The notes below the pieces were generated by a model, which saw only the letters and a program-made list of their open reading frames with translations, was not told the DNA's origin and searched no databases. A stretch of DNA of 64,000 bases from Camelus dromedarius (taxonomy: Eukaryota), in the NCBI RefSeq assembly GCF_036321535.1, contig NC_087436.1, positions 7,936,001 to 8,000,000 on the forward strand. The letters run 5' to 3'. Both the position numbers and the translations under genes were made by a program. Positions 14,243 through 26,644 of this stretch are shown here, piece after piece. Each line of letters opens with the position of its first letter. Within the stretch, counting starts at the first letter, position 1.

Positions 14243-15401
14243 GGCATAGGAAATAGTACTGAACTGAAATTTATAGTGTGTTGCCTTTATTAATACTCAT
14301 TTTTTATCAGCAATGGTGTTAATTGTCTAATATGTTGGATAATCCAATTTACAAAGGTGACTGAAGAGTTTCCATATTCTTTATATTGACACACCATATG
14401 ATACCTTCAAGCTTTACACGAAATTAATTTCAGTAATTACTAGAATTCTAATCTGAGTATCAGAGTCCAATTATTTAACAATAGACTAAATTAATATTAT
14501 TCCCCAATGAATCCCCCATATGTTTCATATAATCCAATGTGAGCATTTTGATCTTTCTACACATCAATGAATTTCTAATTGCGATATAGAGACAAATTGA
14601 GATCAATTAGCAATATATTTACTCCTGTTTAGAATAATGAATAAAATCCCTTTTGCAACAGAATATTTTATAAAATTTAAATATTAAAAATCTGTAATGG
14701 TCAACAGGTGTTATAATAAAATACGTACTTATAAGTCTTACCTATAAGATAGTAACAAGGGCAACTTAGGAAAAGAAACAACATTTAAATGACTCAACAC
14801 CAACATATGTTACAGAATATTGTTTGCAGTAGTCGGTGATAATTCTCACAGACATTTATATGTTTAAAAAATACGTTCTATAGCTTGATGTCATATTAAT
14901 AAAAAAAATTAGTCATTTTGTGAAAGACTGTGTCATCTTTGTTCTGATATGTATTCAAAAAATATCAGCTATATGTCTACCATCGCTAGCGCTGCTGTGA
15001 AAACTTCATTTATATATTGGAAGCAATAATCTGAAATTCAGTTAGGTTTTCATAATATTTTTTAAACCTGACTTCTATTTTCTTTATACCTTACCATCTG
15101 TCCAGAATGCTATTAAAGCTGTTCAAAATACTGTGATACCAAGAGAGAAACCATAAATACACAACAGAAACAAGTTATAGAAACACTTCTGGATAAATAA
15201 CTATATACACTTATATTCAAAAGATTCAGCATTTTCTTGCATTTTATATACTTCTTATACTTTTTATAAAAGGGTGTGAACAATACTGAAGAATTTACTC
15301 AATTTATCTATCCTAAAATAATTCTGAGTTAAACAGAATGGCATGCACAGGGAATTTTTCTTTTAGAGATAGATGTAATATTGTCACCACAGGAGTGTAG
15401 T

Positions 15402-15830
15402 TGTGGATGGATACGCCCTTGTATGGCCAGGCCACTCCAGAGGGCTGTCCTTTTGTTCTCTGTACGTCCCCTGATGGACCAGTGCCACTTCACCTGTACC
15501 CTCTTCAACTGACTGCCCTTCCTATACACTTGCCCCTGCCCCAGCTTGTGATTGTTCTTACCAAGGGGGCAGTGAAGGGTGTGCCCCTCTGCTGGTTTCC
15601 TTGGTAACCAGAGAGTCAACCTGATGTGAATTCCGCCTATAACTGGTAACCCCCCCATCGCAAAGATGGCACCATGTCTTGCCCGCCATCTGCCGCACAC
15701 AGTAGGGTGTCGTCCAGGACCTTGCTGCTGACGTGTAAGGTCCCCATCCATTAAACCACTGACATCTCTTTCTTTGGTCCTGAAGCTGAGCAGCTACAGG
15801 GCTTCTGAGCCTGCGGGATGCAGCCCAACA
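15402..15830 (+). mobile_element. Solo LTR (GC-rich, TG...CA termini)
   Basis: Abrupt GC-rich block that starts 'tgtggatggatacgcccttg' and ends 'cagcccaaca'. It has a TATA-like 'ctataac' near 15637 and a polyA-signal-like ATTAAA near 15750. No clear TSD; the left end could be 15396. Confidence 0.7.
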
Positions 15831-16019
15831 GCCCTCAACTTCAGTTGATAATGAATGATTTAACAGAAGCAACCTTTTACTGGAACTGAGTATCCAACTA
15901 CCACACAGATAATGGGTTAGGTTTTCTCTTAGGAACCAGGGCAATCAGCATGAAAGAAGCTTTTGAAGTCAGAAATATGAACCCCGTTCTGAGGAAGAAT
16001 AAGAGGTATAAGAATTACA

Positions 16020-16330
16020 GATAGGCAGACATTTGCCAGTTCCCATCACAGGAAGCACTTGTCTTATTTGTGGTCATCCAACATTTGTGACGACCTGCCC
16101 CTTCTCACTGGCATTTCCCATGATGTGTCTCATAGTCCTAAAGTTAAAGCCAGGGAATCATTCGATCATGACTCCTCTGCAGGCAAGTTAGATTCCATCA
16201 ACCACATGCATTTCTGTAAGATTTATCACTGAATGCCCTAAAAAAGAGAAGCATGCTATAGACATTTATTATAAATGATCAAAGAAACCACAGTGTACAG
16301 GTCTAGGAAATGTGTGTCAGAAATAGTTTT
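16020..16330. mobile_element. Possible ancient ERVL-type LTR fragment (LTR16/LTR33-like)
   Basis: Resemblance by eye only ('cttatttgtggtcatccaacatttg', 'ctaaagttaaagccagggaa'). Confidence 0.35.
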
Positions 16331-16812
16331 CGCTGGAGAATTCTTGTACTATTTAGCATGTCCAACTTAGCATGTCCAAATACAACATTTGGACACAATA
16401 ATTTCATTTCAAATTTTAAATACATTCTATTTAACATTCTAAACAAGAGCAAATGCTTTGCTAATTAATTTTTATTACCAATGGATTGCAATTAGGAATT
16501 CAATGACTTGTTTGAAGAAGAAGAAAATGCTGATATCTGACTATCTCAAATACATGGGAAATTATATCAACAGTAATTTTATCCTGAACATTATGGAGTA
16601 AATGGGCGATGGCATCCTTGTTTACATTCTAACAAGTTTTAAGTTAATGTGAGAATTAAATAGCACTATGTGATAAGTCCCATGGAAAATATAAAATTGT
16701 TTTCATCATCCTTATACCTTGGATTTTTAGAAAATTTACACAATAACCGAAAATAGGTGACTACTAAAAGGAAATGTAACCATACATTTTAATTCAGTTT
16801 TATTTTCTGTAT

Positions 16813-17110
16813 CAGCACTGTCCAATAGCAATGGAATGTGAGTGAGAAGCTACAGACATTATTTGAAAGTTCATAGTACCCATATTAAAATGGTAAAGTG
16901 GATTATATGATATTAATATTAATTATATATTTTAACGTATCCAAAATATGTTCCTTTCAGTGTGTGATCAATATAAAATTGGACAGTTCACACTTATTTT
17001 TGTTAGGACTTCTAAATACCTGGTTTGTTTTATATTTACAGCACACCTCAACTCAGACTAGACATAGAATAAGTCCATCAGCATCAGGACTACTGGTTTC
17101 AACAGCGTGG
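16813..17110 (+). mobile_element. MER33-like hAT-Charlie non-autonomous DNA transposon
   Basis: Begins with the TIR 'cagcactgtccaatag', contains 'tatatttacagcacacctcaactcagactag' and ends 'caacagcgtgg'. Confidence 0.82.
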
Positions 17111-17354
17111 CTTTTGCTAAGGAAGGCAACACCTTCATAACTGTACTCACATACCCCTATTCATATGTGTAACTGTTCAGTTGGCAAATTACAAGGGCAA
17201 AGGGAAATGTTTCTGGAATAAATGACCTCTGTTCCCCACTGTTTCGCTTTGAGTCCACACTAATAAAGGGCTAGCAGCAGCAGGTGATAGAAAATTTTGG
17301 TGAAAATCAAGACTTAGTAAGCAGGTCTAACAGAGAAGTATGTGGGAGCCAGTT

Positions 17355-17414
17355 CTCTCCAGTTCTGCACAGGACGCGTCACTGCTCTCCAGTTCTGTGC
17401 AGGATGCATCACTG
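17355..17414. repeat. 30-bp tandem duplication
   Basis: ctctccagttctgcacaggacgcgtcactg / ctctccagttctgtgcaggatgcatcactg. Confidence 0.9.
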
Positions 17415-17564
17415 TCTAGGACTCTGAGTAAAGAAAGCTATGAAGCAGGAAGAAATTCCCTCACACTGTGGACAGAAATCTCTCTTCAGGAGAGCCAGAG
17501 AGACTTTTCAAGAAGTATTACAAACAAAGCAGGTATCAAAAGAAAAAAAAAAAAATGGAAACAG

Positions 17565-18032
17565 TGTTACTGAAAGCAATTTTGTGTGCCCAAAGCACCA
17601 TGAAGCCAAACTAACCAAAATGTCAGTTTGAAGCAGAGAAAGGTTTACTGTAGGCTCAGAAAGAGGACAGGGGGCTCATGCCTAAGAAAACCCTGAACTC
17701 CCCAAAGAGTTTCAGCAAAGCCAATTTAAAGGCAGGTGAGGGGGTGTGGGTTGCCAGGCCTGTGATCAGCTCATGCACAATCCTGATTGGTAGATGCTGA
17801 GGGAACAAGGCAGTCAACAATTTCACCTCCCAGGTGCCAGAAGGTCTGGGGGCCACATGCTCTCCATCATCAAGTAGTTCATTTCTTCCCTTTGGTGGTG
17901 GTTTTCAGCATCTGAAACACTCAGGAAATAGACATGAGATGCTACTATCTGAGTGCTTCAGAGAGGAGCTGCAGCAGAGGACATGGGGGAGGGTGTGACC
18001 CTGGAAGCCCCACAGGGTCCTGCTTGGTTACA
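17565..18032 (-). mobile_element. 3' LTR of the provirus
   Basis: 'tgttactgaaag...tgcttggttaca'. On the minus strand it carries a CCAAT box (plus 'gattgg' near 17785), a TATA-like TTTAAA and an AGTAAA polyA signal. Confidence 0.92.
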
Positions 18033-18034
18033 GT

Positions 18035-18049
18035 TCCCCCCTTTTCTTT
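18035..18049 (-). promoter_or_regulatory. Retroviral polypurine tract
   Basis: Minus strand reads AAAGAAAAGGGGGGA-AC-TGTAACC, directly abutting the 3' LTR start. Confidence 0.88.
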
Positions 18050-21000
18050 GATAGCCCTCAATCTTGAGGAGAACAAGTGTTGGACAAGAAAGGGAATAAT
18101 GTTTGGACAGAGAGGTTAGCCATCAACTCAGCAGAGGAACCTGGTTTTAGGGGGACTTGGTCTCAACCACCAATCCTATTTCTTCCTTCCCCAAAGCTTT
18201 CAGGGAGCAGGGAGATGACTGGCTACTTCCTGCTGAAATGGGGCATCATCCTGCCTTAATTTGGGGACAGACACCAAAGTGAAAATATCCCCTAGTTTCA
18301 AGTCCTGGATCTGAGTCTTGTATGATTAAGATCCAAGTCCTTTAGCCCACCCCCTTGGTGCCAACAGGCCCAATCAGAAGTGGTGGGAGGAGTGACAAGC
18401 AGAGCTTTAACAGACAATGCAGAAATTCCTTGGGGTAAAACTGGAACCTCTCCTGCCTTTAGACAATGTTGTTACTCATTCCTAGCAACTTTAAAAAGAC
18501 TCTAAATTATATTTGACAGGACACTCAATCACAATTAAAATATAGCAAGCTTTACTTTTATTTTTTTTTTTATTGAGTTTACACCAGAATTAAATCTCAT
18601 ATCTTAATATTGAAAAAATAAATAGACAAGATAGATCACATTCCCTGAAAAACTCAGGAGAATAAGCCTGAAAACCAGTCTGGACCTGACATTTTAGGGG
18701 AGACTTACAGCCAGGTAGCCAGTTGTCTACTTTTATCTAAGTAGGTTTTAACTTCTGATATGGTATTAACATATACATAACAGGAGTTATTGGACATTAT
18801 ATATCTTTATTATTATTATTATTATTATTTTGCTAATATCTGATCTAAAACAATTTTTTTTGTGTGTCTAAAAATGTAATAGTCATAAGAGGAGACCTTG
18901 AGGTCATAAGGTGGCAGATGACAGCAGGCACTGCTTTGGGAATGGTTGGTGGGCTCCTGAGTCTGGCACAGCTCAGAAAATTCGAGTTCTCCACGATACA
19001 AGAACGTGTCTGACATCACGCATCCCCTGGCCACTTAGTTTTCCCTTGAATGTCTGAACCACAGCGACTCCATTTTGACTTTCAAATGCATCCCCTCCTC
19101 AAGGCCAAAGCAGATACAGAATGCACGTCCTACAGGCCATAAAACAGGTCGATAAAGTTTAAGTTAAACTATGTATAAGCCAGAAAGACTTCCCCACACC
19201 TCAGTATGTGCAGATTTTTCCATTTTGATAGCAAATCTTCCAATAGAAAGCACTGATGATCAAAATATTAGTCCCTCAGTGCTGGGCCTCCTTTGTATTT
19301 GCCTAGTTATCCACGTATGGGGAAAACTAACCAGATGTCATGAACAGGCTCAGAGGCATGTTAATGGGGACACACTTTACAGGCCATACATTTCATCACT
19401 TCCACCCCATTGTTACACAAGCGTAGTGCGTGTGCTTTTAGCAACAGACACAGAGCGAGTGCTGCTGTGCACCATGAGAGGTTGTGCTGCGACAGCTCCA
19501 CCAGAGAATTCTCTCTCTAGCCTAAATATTGGGGGCAACAGTGTGGTTGGAAATAAAACAATGACTTTCAATATTGATAGGAAGACAAACATCTGATAAA
19601 AAATTCAATTAGAAAATGTAGATTAAAAGTCAGTAATGTTTCAGACAAAACCAAAACATTATAATCACATTCACCAGTTTACTCAACCCTTCTAACAGTT
19701 TTACAAAATCAGAATTTTCATTAGACCTTTTAAATATCTTACCCAGTTCAGCAGTATGATTTAAAAGAAAACTGTACTTGTAATAAGTCCTTTTTATGAG
19801 TCTTATTGAAGATGAAGCAGTTTTGCAAAACCTAAGCTTGGCTGTCTAAGAGTGATAAAAGATTTAAAAAGGTGAGGTTAAAGATCTTGTTACATTTTTG
19901 ACAAAAAAAAAGCTTAATTTGCTGTAGCATGCAACATTTAAGATAACTAGACTAGAAGTAGAATTATGACTAGAACAACTAGAATTATGACTGATAGCAT
20001 TATACCAGGACAGATCTAACTTCCAGAGACCTTACATCACTTCCAGAATGTCTATATTAATAACATTTATCTGTATCATATAATCTGAGGAGGCTTGTCA
20101 CTCATTTGACAATGCCATGTAATTTAACATAGCAACCAATCCTAGTTAGTTTAATATTTTTCCTCTGAGATGTCTCAGGGGTTTTCTGAAGCATCTCAAA
20201 GATAGCTGAAGTCAAAAGAACTTTGATAAAAATTTGATAGGAAGCTTGTCAACAACATCAAAAAGTTTCACACAATCTGTTATCAGAAGAAGCATCTGTT
20301 ACCACAAGCAAACAAACTTATTCGCTTAACAGAGAGGAACCAAATCCAGTCCTGCACAACTCTATTTTTAATAACAGAATCCATTTACCTACTTAAATTT
20401 AATCTAATCTCAGTCCAACCATGTACACAACTCATTCTTAGGAGTCCCTTTCTACAAAATTTTCCTTTAACAAAATGCAATTCCATTTCTTATACTTTAT
20501 ACTCAAGACATATATCCTACTTTTTTTTTTAACTATATACTGAAATGTTTCCTTTATTATTTTTTAGTAGCTTTAATTTCATCTTTAAATTAGAGTTCTC
20601 AACTCTTAAAAACTTCAGTTTCTAGTGAAAACCAAGTAGTAAGCAATTATGAAATGTCTTTTACATTAGCGTTCTGTAGACTGGCAAACAAGTACCAATA
20701 ATAATTTCTAAAAATATTGCTTTTTATAGAAAATATCGCCGTGGGACCCTAAACATATTTAATAACAGTTCCTAAACACCTTTAGTTTCTCTGTGAAGGG
20801 AAGACAATGTTTAGTAAATAATGCTCCAGAATCTTATTTTATTTGGGAATCACCTAGCTATTCAACAAACTTCCATCATTTAACTTAAGTTAGCACAGCT
20901 CTAAAATCTCAAGTTACCAATTATCTGAAGAGATCACTTTTTAAGGAGACATTCCTAAAATAGACTTATTTCCAAAGAGTTCATCCAAAAGCTCTTGAGT

Positions 21001-21724
21001 TATTTGCATTTAATTTACTCATAAGAATTTTGTCTTACCAAGTTAATTGAATTCTTTTCTTTCTGACAGATTCCAGTAGAAACAACATGAACCCAATGAC
21101 CTTCAGTAAACCTAGGTGCACTAAAAGACATGTCTGTCTTGATTATACCAACAAGCTTAAGCTAGATTTAGTATCAGATACTAATTTAATATTAAGTATT
21201 TCCTAGATCACAGGAGCCTAAAATTTATCTAACTTCTTTTATACTTAGAAGTATTTAATTTGTAAGTGATTGCTTTTAAGTCAATTAAATAGAGCTTTTT
21301 TACGTGTTAATTTTTGCCTAAAGACAGGCAGAACCAGAGATCTTAGTTTTTCTGCCTGAGTTTAAAAAAAAATTTTTTTTTCCTTGAAAGTCCAGATAGA
21401 TTATTTACATCTCAAAGGCAGAGGAAGAGAAATGCAAAATCCTCCTCTAATGGTTTATATAAAACCCAACCATCTTGGCTATTTTCAGGAATTTTTTTTT
21501 TCAGTTCCCAAATATTCACTTCAGTTTAAAGAAGTAACAGTAATAGACAATAATATATATTGACCATTTGCTCACATTTATATGCCTCACTTTCAGCAAA
21601 ACTAGAAGAGAGAGTAGGATTTGGACTCAGGTACCAAGATACACACACGCAAATACACACACACACACATACAGCACCACATCCCCAAGATAAAAGCCAA
21701 ATTGCAAAAGATTTACTTTGATAT

Positions 21725-21870
21725 AATAACAGAGCCAGGAGGGCCATTATTATCCACCTCTCAGGAAGTAACTAGATCATACAATATTTCAATAAAAAAT
21801 ATCATTTTACTTCATTTATGGGAGTATAGCTAAAGATCTGCCAGTTTTGAAAAATACACTCTAGGAGGAC
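21725..21870 (-). pseudogene. gag: Decayed gag matrix-region remnant of the provirus
   Basis: Manual minus-strand translation with frameshifts gives LECIFQNWQIFSYTP..KMIFF..*NIV*SSYFLRGG**WPS. This resembles the gamma-like gag N-terminal pattern PLxCIxxNW...IFFCNxxWPxY...WP. Confidence 0.6.
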
Positions 21871-22414
21871 TATATATAAGGTGGAACAGAGCTCTGATGG
21901 TCCACATTTAATTACTCACAGCCAATGTTATCAAATATCAAGCAAACAAAAATTCAGAACAGTTTCTCAGGGTCACAGTTCCCCAGCCCCAAAAGGGAGA
22001 TTCCTAACTAAAGCTCCATCAATCCAAAAGGGGAGAACCCCAACCAATACCCATCAGAGACGGAGCTGAATGAAAGACCGAGGCTAGAGAAAGGGGAAGT
22101 CCCAGCCGACGCTCCACCACCGGTGAGGCCAGTGCAATGGGGGGGACACCCCGGTGTCCTCACACGTGGGCCCTGTTACTCAAAGACGTCTCAGCTGGCT
22201 CATGCAAGTACTGACACGCACGTACAAACAACAGACATGTCTCTACAAACAAAATATCAGACAAGGTGTAGCCCCAAAATTCTACTTCCTCTCCCAGGGG
22301 GACGCCCCCATACAGAGCAGCCTAGATCTTGAGAAAGTCCCAGAATGACTCCCTTCCTGGCAGGAATGAGCCCAGGTGGATGGAGAGAATTCCCAGCCTG
22401 CGTGAGCTGGAGCC

Positions 22415-22425
22415 ACTTACCCCAG
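22415..22425 (-). promoter_or_regulatory. Proviral major splice donor
   Basis: Minus strand CTGGG|GTAAGT about 150 nt downstream of the 5' LTR, the usual leader position. Confidence 0.6.
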
Positions 22426-22547
22426 GTGACACCGAGTGTGGATGCAGCTCTGGACGTCTTCAAGCTCTAAACAGTCCCGTGCCAGGGAGAGTCTGTCCCA
22501 GTTCCCTGGAGGGAAGTGAGCTCTGGCCGCTGCCGGGACCAGGCAGA

Positions 22548-22569
22548 CCCCTGTGCTGGCTTCATGAAA
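22548..22569 (-). promoter_or_regulatory. Degenerate primer-binding site (possibly tRNA-Arg type)
   Basis: Minus strand 'tttcatgaagccagcacaggg' immediately follows the 5' LTR. It resembles TGGTGAGCCAGCCAGGAG but lacks the canonical TGG. Confidence 0.4.
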
Positions 22570-22571
22570 AT

Positions 22572-23036
22572 TGTTACCAAAGGCACGTTCATGTGCCCGC
22601 TGCACCATGAGGTCAAACAAATGGAAACATCAGAGTTTGGAGCCGAGAAAGGTTTACTGCAGGGCCAAGCAAGGACAGGGTGGCTCATGCCCAAGAAAAC
22701 TCCAAACTCCCCGAAGGATTTCAGCAGAGCATATTTAAAGGCAGGTGAGGGAAAGTGTTGCAGGGTATGTGATCAGCTCATGCACAATCCTCGGACTGGT
22801 TGGTGTTGAGGTAACAGGGCGGTGAGCACTATCAACCCCTGGGCACCAGGAGGCCTGGGGGCTCTCCATTATCAAGTAGTTAATTTCTTCCCTTTGGTGG
22901 TGGATTTTAGCATCTGAAACATCCAGGAAATATACATGAGATGCTATGATGTGGGTGCTTCAGAGAGGAGCTGCAGCAGAGGGCATGGGGGAGGGGTCTC
23001 TCCTGGGAAGTCCCCACAGGGTCCTGCTCGGTCTCA
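22572..23036 (-). mobile_element. 5' LTR of the provirus
   Basis: 'tgttaccaaagg...tgctcggtctca'; aligns end to end with 17565-18032. Minus-strand AGTAAA at 22653-22658. Confidence 0.92.
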
Positions 23037-26000
23037 ACAGTAGACAAGGAGGAATAGGACGGACATCTAGTGAGGACTCTGACACATTTGTTGAGGAGAT
23101 ATCAGTAAGGAATTCTTTGGGACTTTCAAAAACAAATGAGGCATTTGGCGTGGGAGCGGAGAAGGTAGACATCTCGTTACTAAGCACGTGAGGAAGATTA
23201 AGCACATAGAAAACGACACTACATCATTTGAAATCAAATACTAACTTTCTGTATGACTCACTTAGGAACAATAAATACAGTATTTGGGGATGTTTTACTT
23301 TCAAATATCAAAACTCAGGTATCTACAATTCTGTCATTAATGTTACTAGAAATACAGTAACTCTAGGTCCTAGGATATAGTTTGTCATTGCTGAAGCAGT
23401 ACTCATTTTAAAAAAATGTATGAAAATAAATAAATAAGCCCAAACTAGAAAACACATTGACAGCAAAGGCGGAGACGTGAAAACGATGCATCTTCAAGGG
23501 TCACCTTTTGAGAATACGTAAGTAGGGTGACCGCAAGTAGAAGCAGGAGGAGGGAAGCAAATGAAATCCTTAGGTAAGCAAAAAGCCAGGCCCTAGTGTG
23601 CTGGTAGAAGACACAGCCTGGCAGTGAACTCAACAGTGAGGATTTATATTCTAAGCAAAACTTTGAGAAAACCTGAGTAATAGGAGAATATAAAAGGCAG
23701 CATTGTTTAATAAGAAAAGATTCACTATAAATTCTGCCCCCAAATATTCTAAACATGGCTTACAATGTAGTGCAATCATCGTAATGTGCTGAGAAACCAC
23801 TTAATGGAAATGAGCATAGACACTTCCTGAATGTAGTGTGATGTATTCCGAGCAGTCAATAGCAGATTAAAATGTCATAGTTTTAATATTATTCTCTTAC
23901 CAAAAGAATTCCAGAAAGCTGTTCCTGCCTTGACCTAAAGCTTCATAAATGTGTAAGCACCTGATATTTAGTAATATAAAGAAAGGTACGTGCAATGGAC
24001 AGTATTTCTCGTTCTGAGTAAATAATTAAACAGGAAAGTCAAGTGACTGATTATATGTTTTCTGGACTTAATGATAATCCAATGAGCATTTCTTGCCTAT
24101 GTGGCTAAGTTTGGTGGGGTAAACAAAGATGAGTAAATGCTTGATTCTGGCTATAAGATCATACAACAAAATATATTTGATTAATATTTTTTATAAAACA
24201 AATTGTATAAAAATGAACGTGTAGAAAGTGAAACATTTCTATAAATTGTAATGGAGCAAATCGCATCAGCGCTTCCTTATTACCAGCCTGGCTGGATACA
24301 ATAAGGGTAAGTAGTCAAAGTGCTGGTCCTGGGGAGACCAGGAGGGTGCTGCCTTCTGTCAGTGGTTTGGAGCTGCAGAGCTAGCAGAGCGCCAGCCAAA
24401 GCTGGGACGGCAAATACCGGTGATGTGTTGCTCACCAGCTCATACCATACACACTATTACTGACTTTCTGGATCACTGTTACAGAGATAGTAATAGGCAT
24501 AGCTGAGATTAATAACCAGTTGTCCCTGACTTCAGAGCTGGCTCTGAAATGAGGCTCTATCTAGTCTCCCCTCTCGTGCAGCATTATAAACATGCCACTA
24601 ACGGAGCAGAAATAGGAAATAAGTGAAGACTGTCAGAACTGTAGTGAAAGAAACAGGTCAGGACTGTGATGTGGGAGCTAAAGGAATAATACTTTATTCC
24701 TCGAATACACTACTGTAAAGCAACGCAAAGTTTCAAGTTTACGTTTTGTCATTTTTTTAATCTAAATATTAGAAAGTGAAACAGTATCTTCAACAAATTT
24801 ATGGAATCTAGAATAGACTCCTTAGGGACATTTAGCAGCATCTCTGGGGATACTCTTGGAAAAACATTCACTTAATATTTTTTTTTTTTTTGAGAAAAGA
24901 AGCAGAGAACATATTTTGTTCTCCTTTTTTCAATCTCATTTTCAATATCCCTCCAGCAACTGAAAGTATTAGTGATTTAATAGCTGGTGTGTTGTTTTTC
25001 TTTTTCCCTAAATTCAATATTGTAATATCTTCTTGTATATGTTTTCGGGTAACCCATGCTAATTTATATTCCTGCTTACGTAAGTGGTTTTAGAAAAGTC
25101 CATAGGTATAATTGGATGAGCACTGCATGGATGTATCTAATTAGAATTTTCAGTAAGCTGAGCAGGAACTGCATCTACTCGGATATGCATGTGTAATTTC
25201 CACCAAAGTGAGCGAGCGTCACCGAGGACAGTATTTTCCCCTTTGAGCACTCTGAATTCTACGCGCTCCAGATGCTGCGGAGACTCGGATGACTGTTCCC
25301 TTATTCGAACCCATTGATTTGTTATGGCAATATAATTCCTTCTGAAATTACTGTTGTTTGTTTAAAGGAAGTTTTAGACCCCTCCAAAGTGATATAAGTT
25401 CTGGTTATGGAGGCGTTAACTTTTCAGTGATGGAAGAAATATTTGCTAAGTGAAATGAAAATATCTGTCAAGGCCATCATGCTTCTAGTTTGATGATGCT
25501 GGGCAGGACGCTGAGACTAGCTGGCAGAAAGATAGGAACAACCCTGCAGATTAAAATGCAAATTTTATTGCCGAAAACAGCAATACACAGAAAGGGCAGG
25601 GAGCCTATCAGCTTCCGACGGCAGCTTGCGGAATCGGTGCACTGAATCACTCAGTGTCTTTAAGTGTCTGCCCTGTTCTGGAACTCTCAGACACATCTGC
25701 TCACACGGTACCCACGCCAAGTTCCACTGTTAAGAATATGCAGGCTTCAAGATTAAATCACTGTTGGGCCAAACACTTTTTCGAGAGTAGATTGTGCTTG
25801 AATATACTCTTCATTAAAAAAAAAAAAAAGAGAGAGAGAGAAAATGGGGTAAAGTAAAAGGTAACAGAATAACACTATACAGAGAGCTAGGGCTTAGATA
25901 TGTGAGTCTTATTCTTCCCAAAGCACAAAGTGAGCTAGATTTTTGCTGAACGCTATATGGCATGCAAAAAATGGAATACTTTAATTCTGCAGTGAAAAGA

Positions 26001-26644
26001 CGAGCTGATGGGGTTTACTCAACAAACACCAAGTGACCCTTAGAGACCAGGGCCATGGACCTTGCAGGTGTTTTGAATTTAAATTAAACCGATTAAGGAA
26101 GGTTTTTTTTTTTTTGCTTTATTCTTTACTTTTAAAATGCATTCATGCCTGTTTTCCTTTATCACTTTGAATAACAAAGTTCATTGTATTTGCCTTATCT
26201 TCAATTGCATTTATGTGTGTTTTAATCTTTACTTCTACGAATAATCTAGTAGATAATCTTCTACTGTCTCTAACATTGATCGAGGATTTTATGTCACTTG
26301 CACAGGATAAATAAAAGATCTTAAAGCACGTGTCTGATATGTTCTCTCAGTGTTCTTTGTGGCTAATATTTTCACGTTATATCACTGCTTATCCTGAAAA
26401 GTATGAAATGTGCATCAGATTTTACATGGACCACAAATCATTTTATGTGGTGAATAGTCCAAATAGAGACTCAAAGACAAACTTGCATCCATGCTGTTGC
26501 TGTTTATTAGCTAGGAATAGATATCTTCCCCTTATACAGGGGGTAGGAAAGACTATGAAAGATGAGAGCGCGGGGTATTGACCTGTAACTGGAAGGCAGA
26601 TAACGGCATGAAAGAATTATCACAAACCAGTGCGGGTTTTGTTT

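Larger units (their letters stand above)
17565..23036 (-). mobile_element. Non-autonomous class I (ERV1, MER4-group-like) provirus with both LTRs
   Basis: Two homologous ~465-bp direct repeats with TG...CA ends. 4-bp TSD ACAG at 17561-17564 and 23037-23040. The PPT adjoins the left LTR, and a PBS-like site and splice donor adjoin the right LTR. The 4.5-kb internal region has no long ORF. Confidence 0.92.

Noticed and set aside
15558..15700. CTCF-like motifs in the solo LTR
   Set aside because: Only partial core matches by eye; not supportable without a PWM scan.
15329..15944. Overlapping 128-140 aa ORFs
   Set aside because: They lie in a GC-rich solo LTR where stop codons are rare; no recognisable domain.
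22123..23205. Cluster of short ORFs on both strands
   Set aside because: GC-rich ERV leader and LTR sequence; none resembles gag, pol or env.
24275..24307. Hairpin ccttatt-ccagcc/ggctgg-aataagg as a possible miRNA precursor
   Set aside because: The stem is too short and interrupted for a pre-miRNA.
25205..25232. REST/NRSE-like motif (caccgaggacag)
   Set aside because: Only the CACC and GGACAG parts match; the TTCAG left half is absent.
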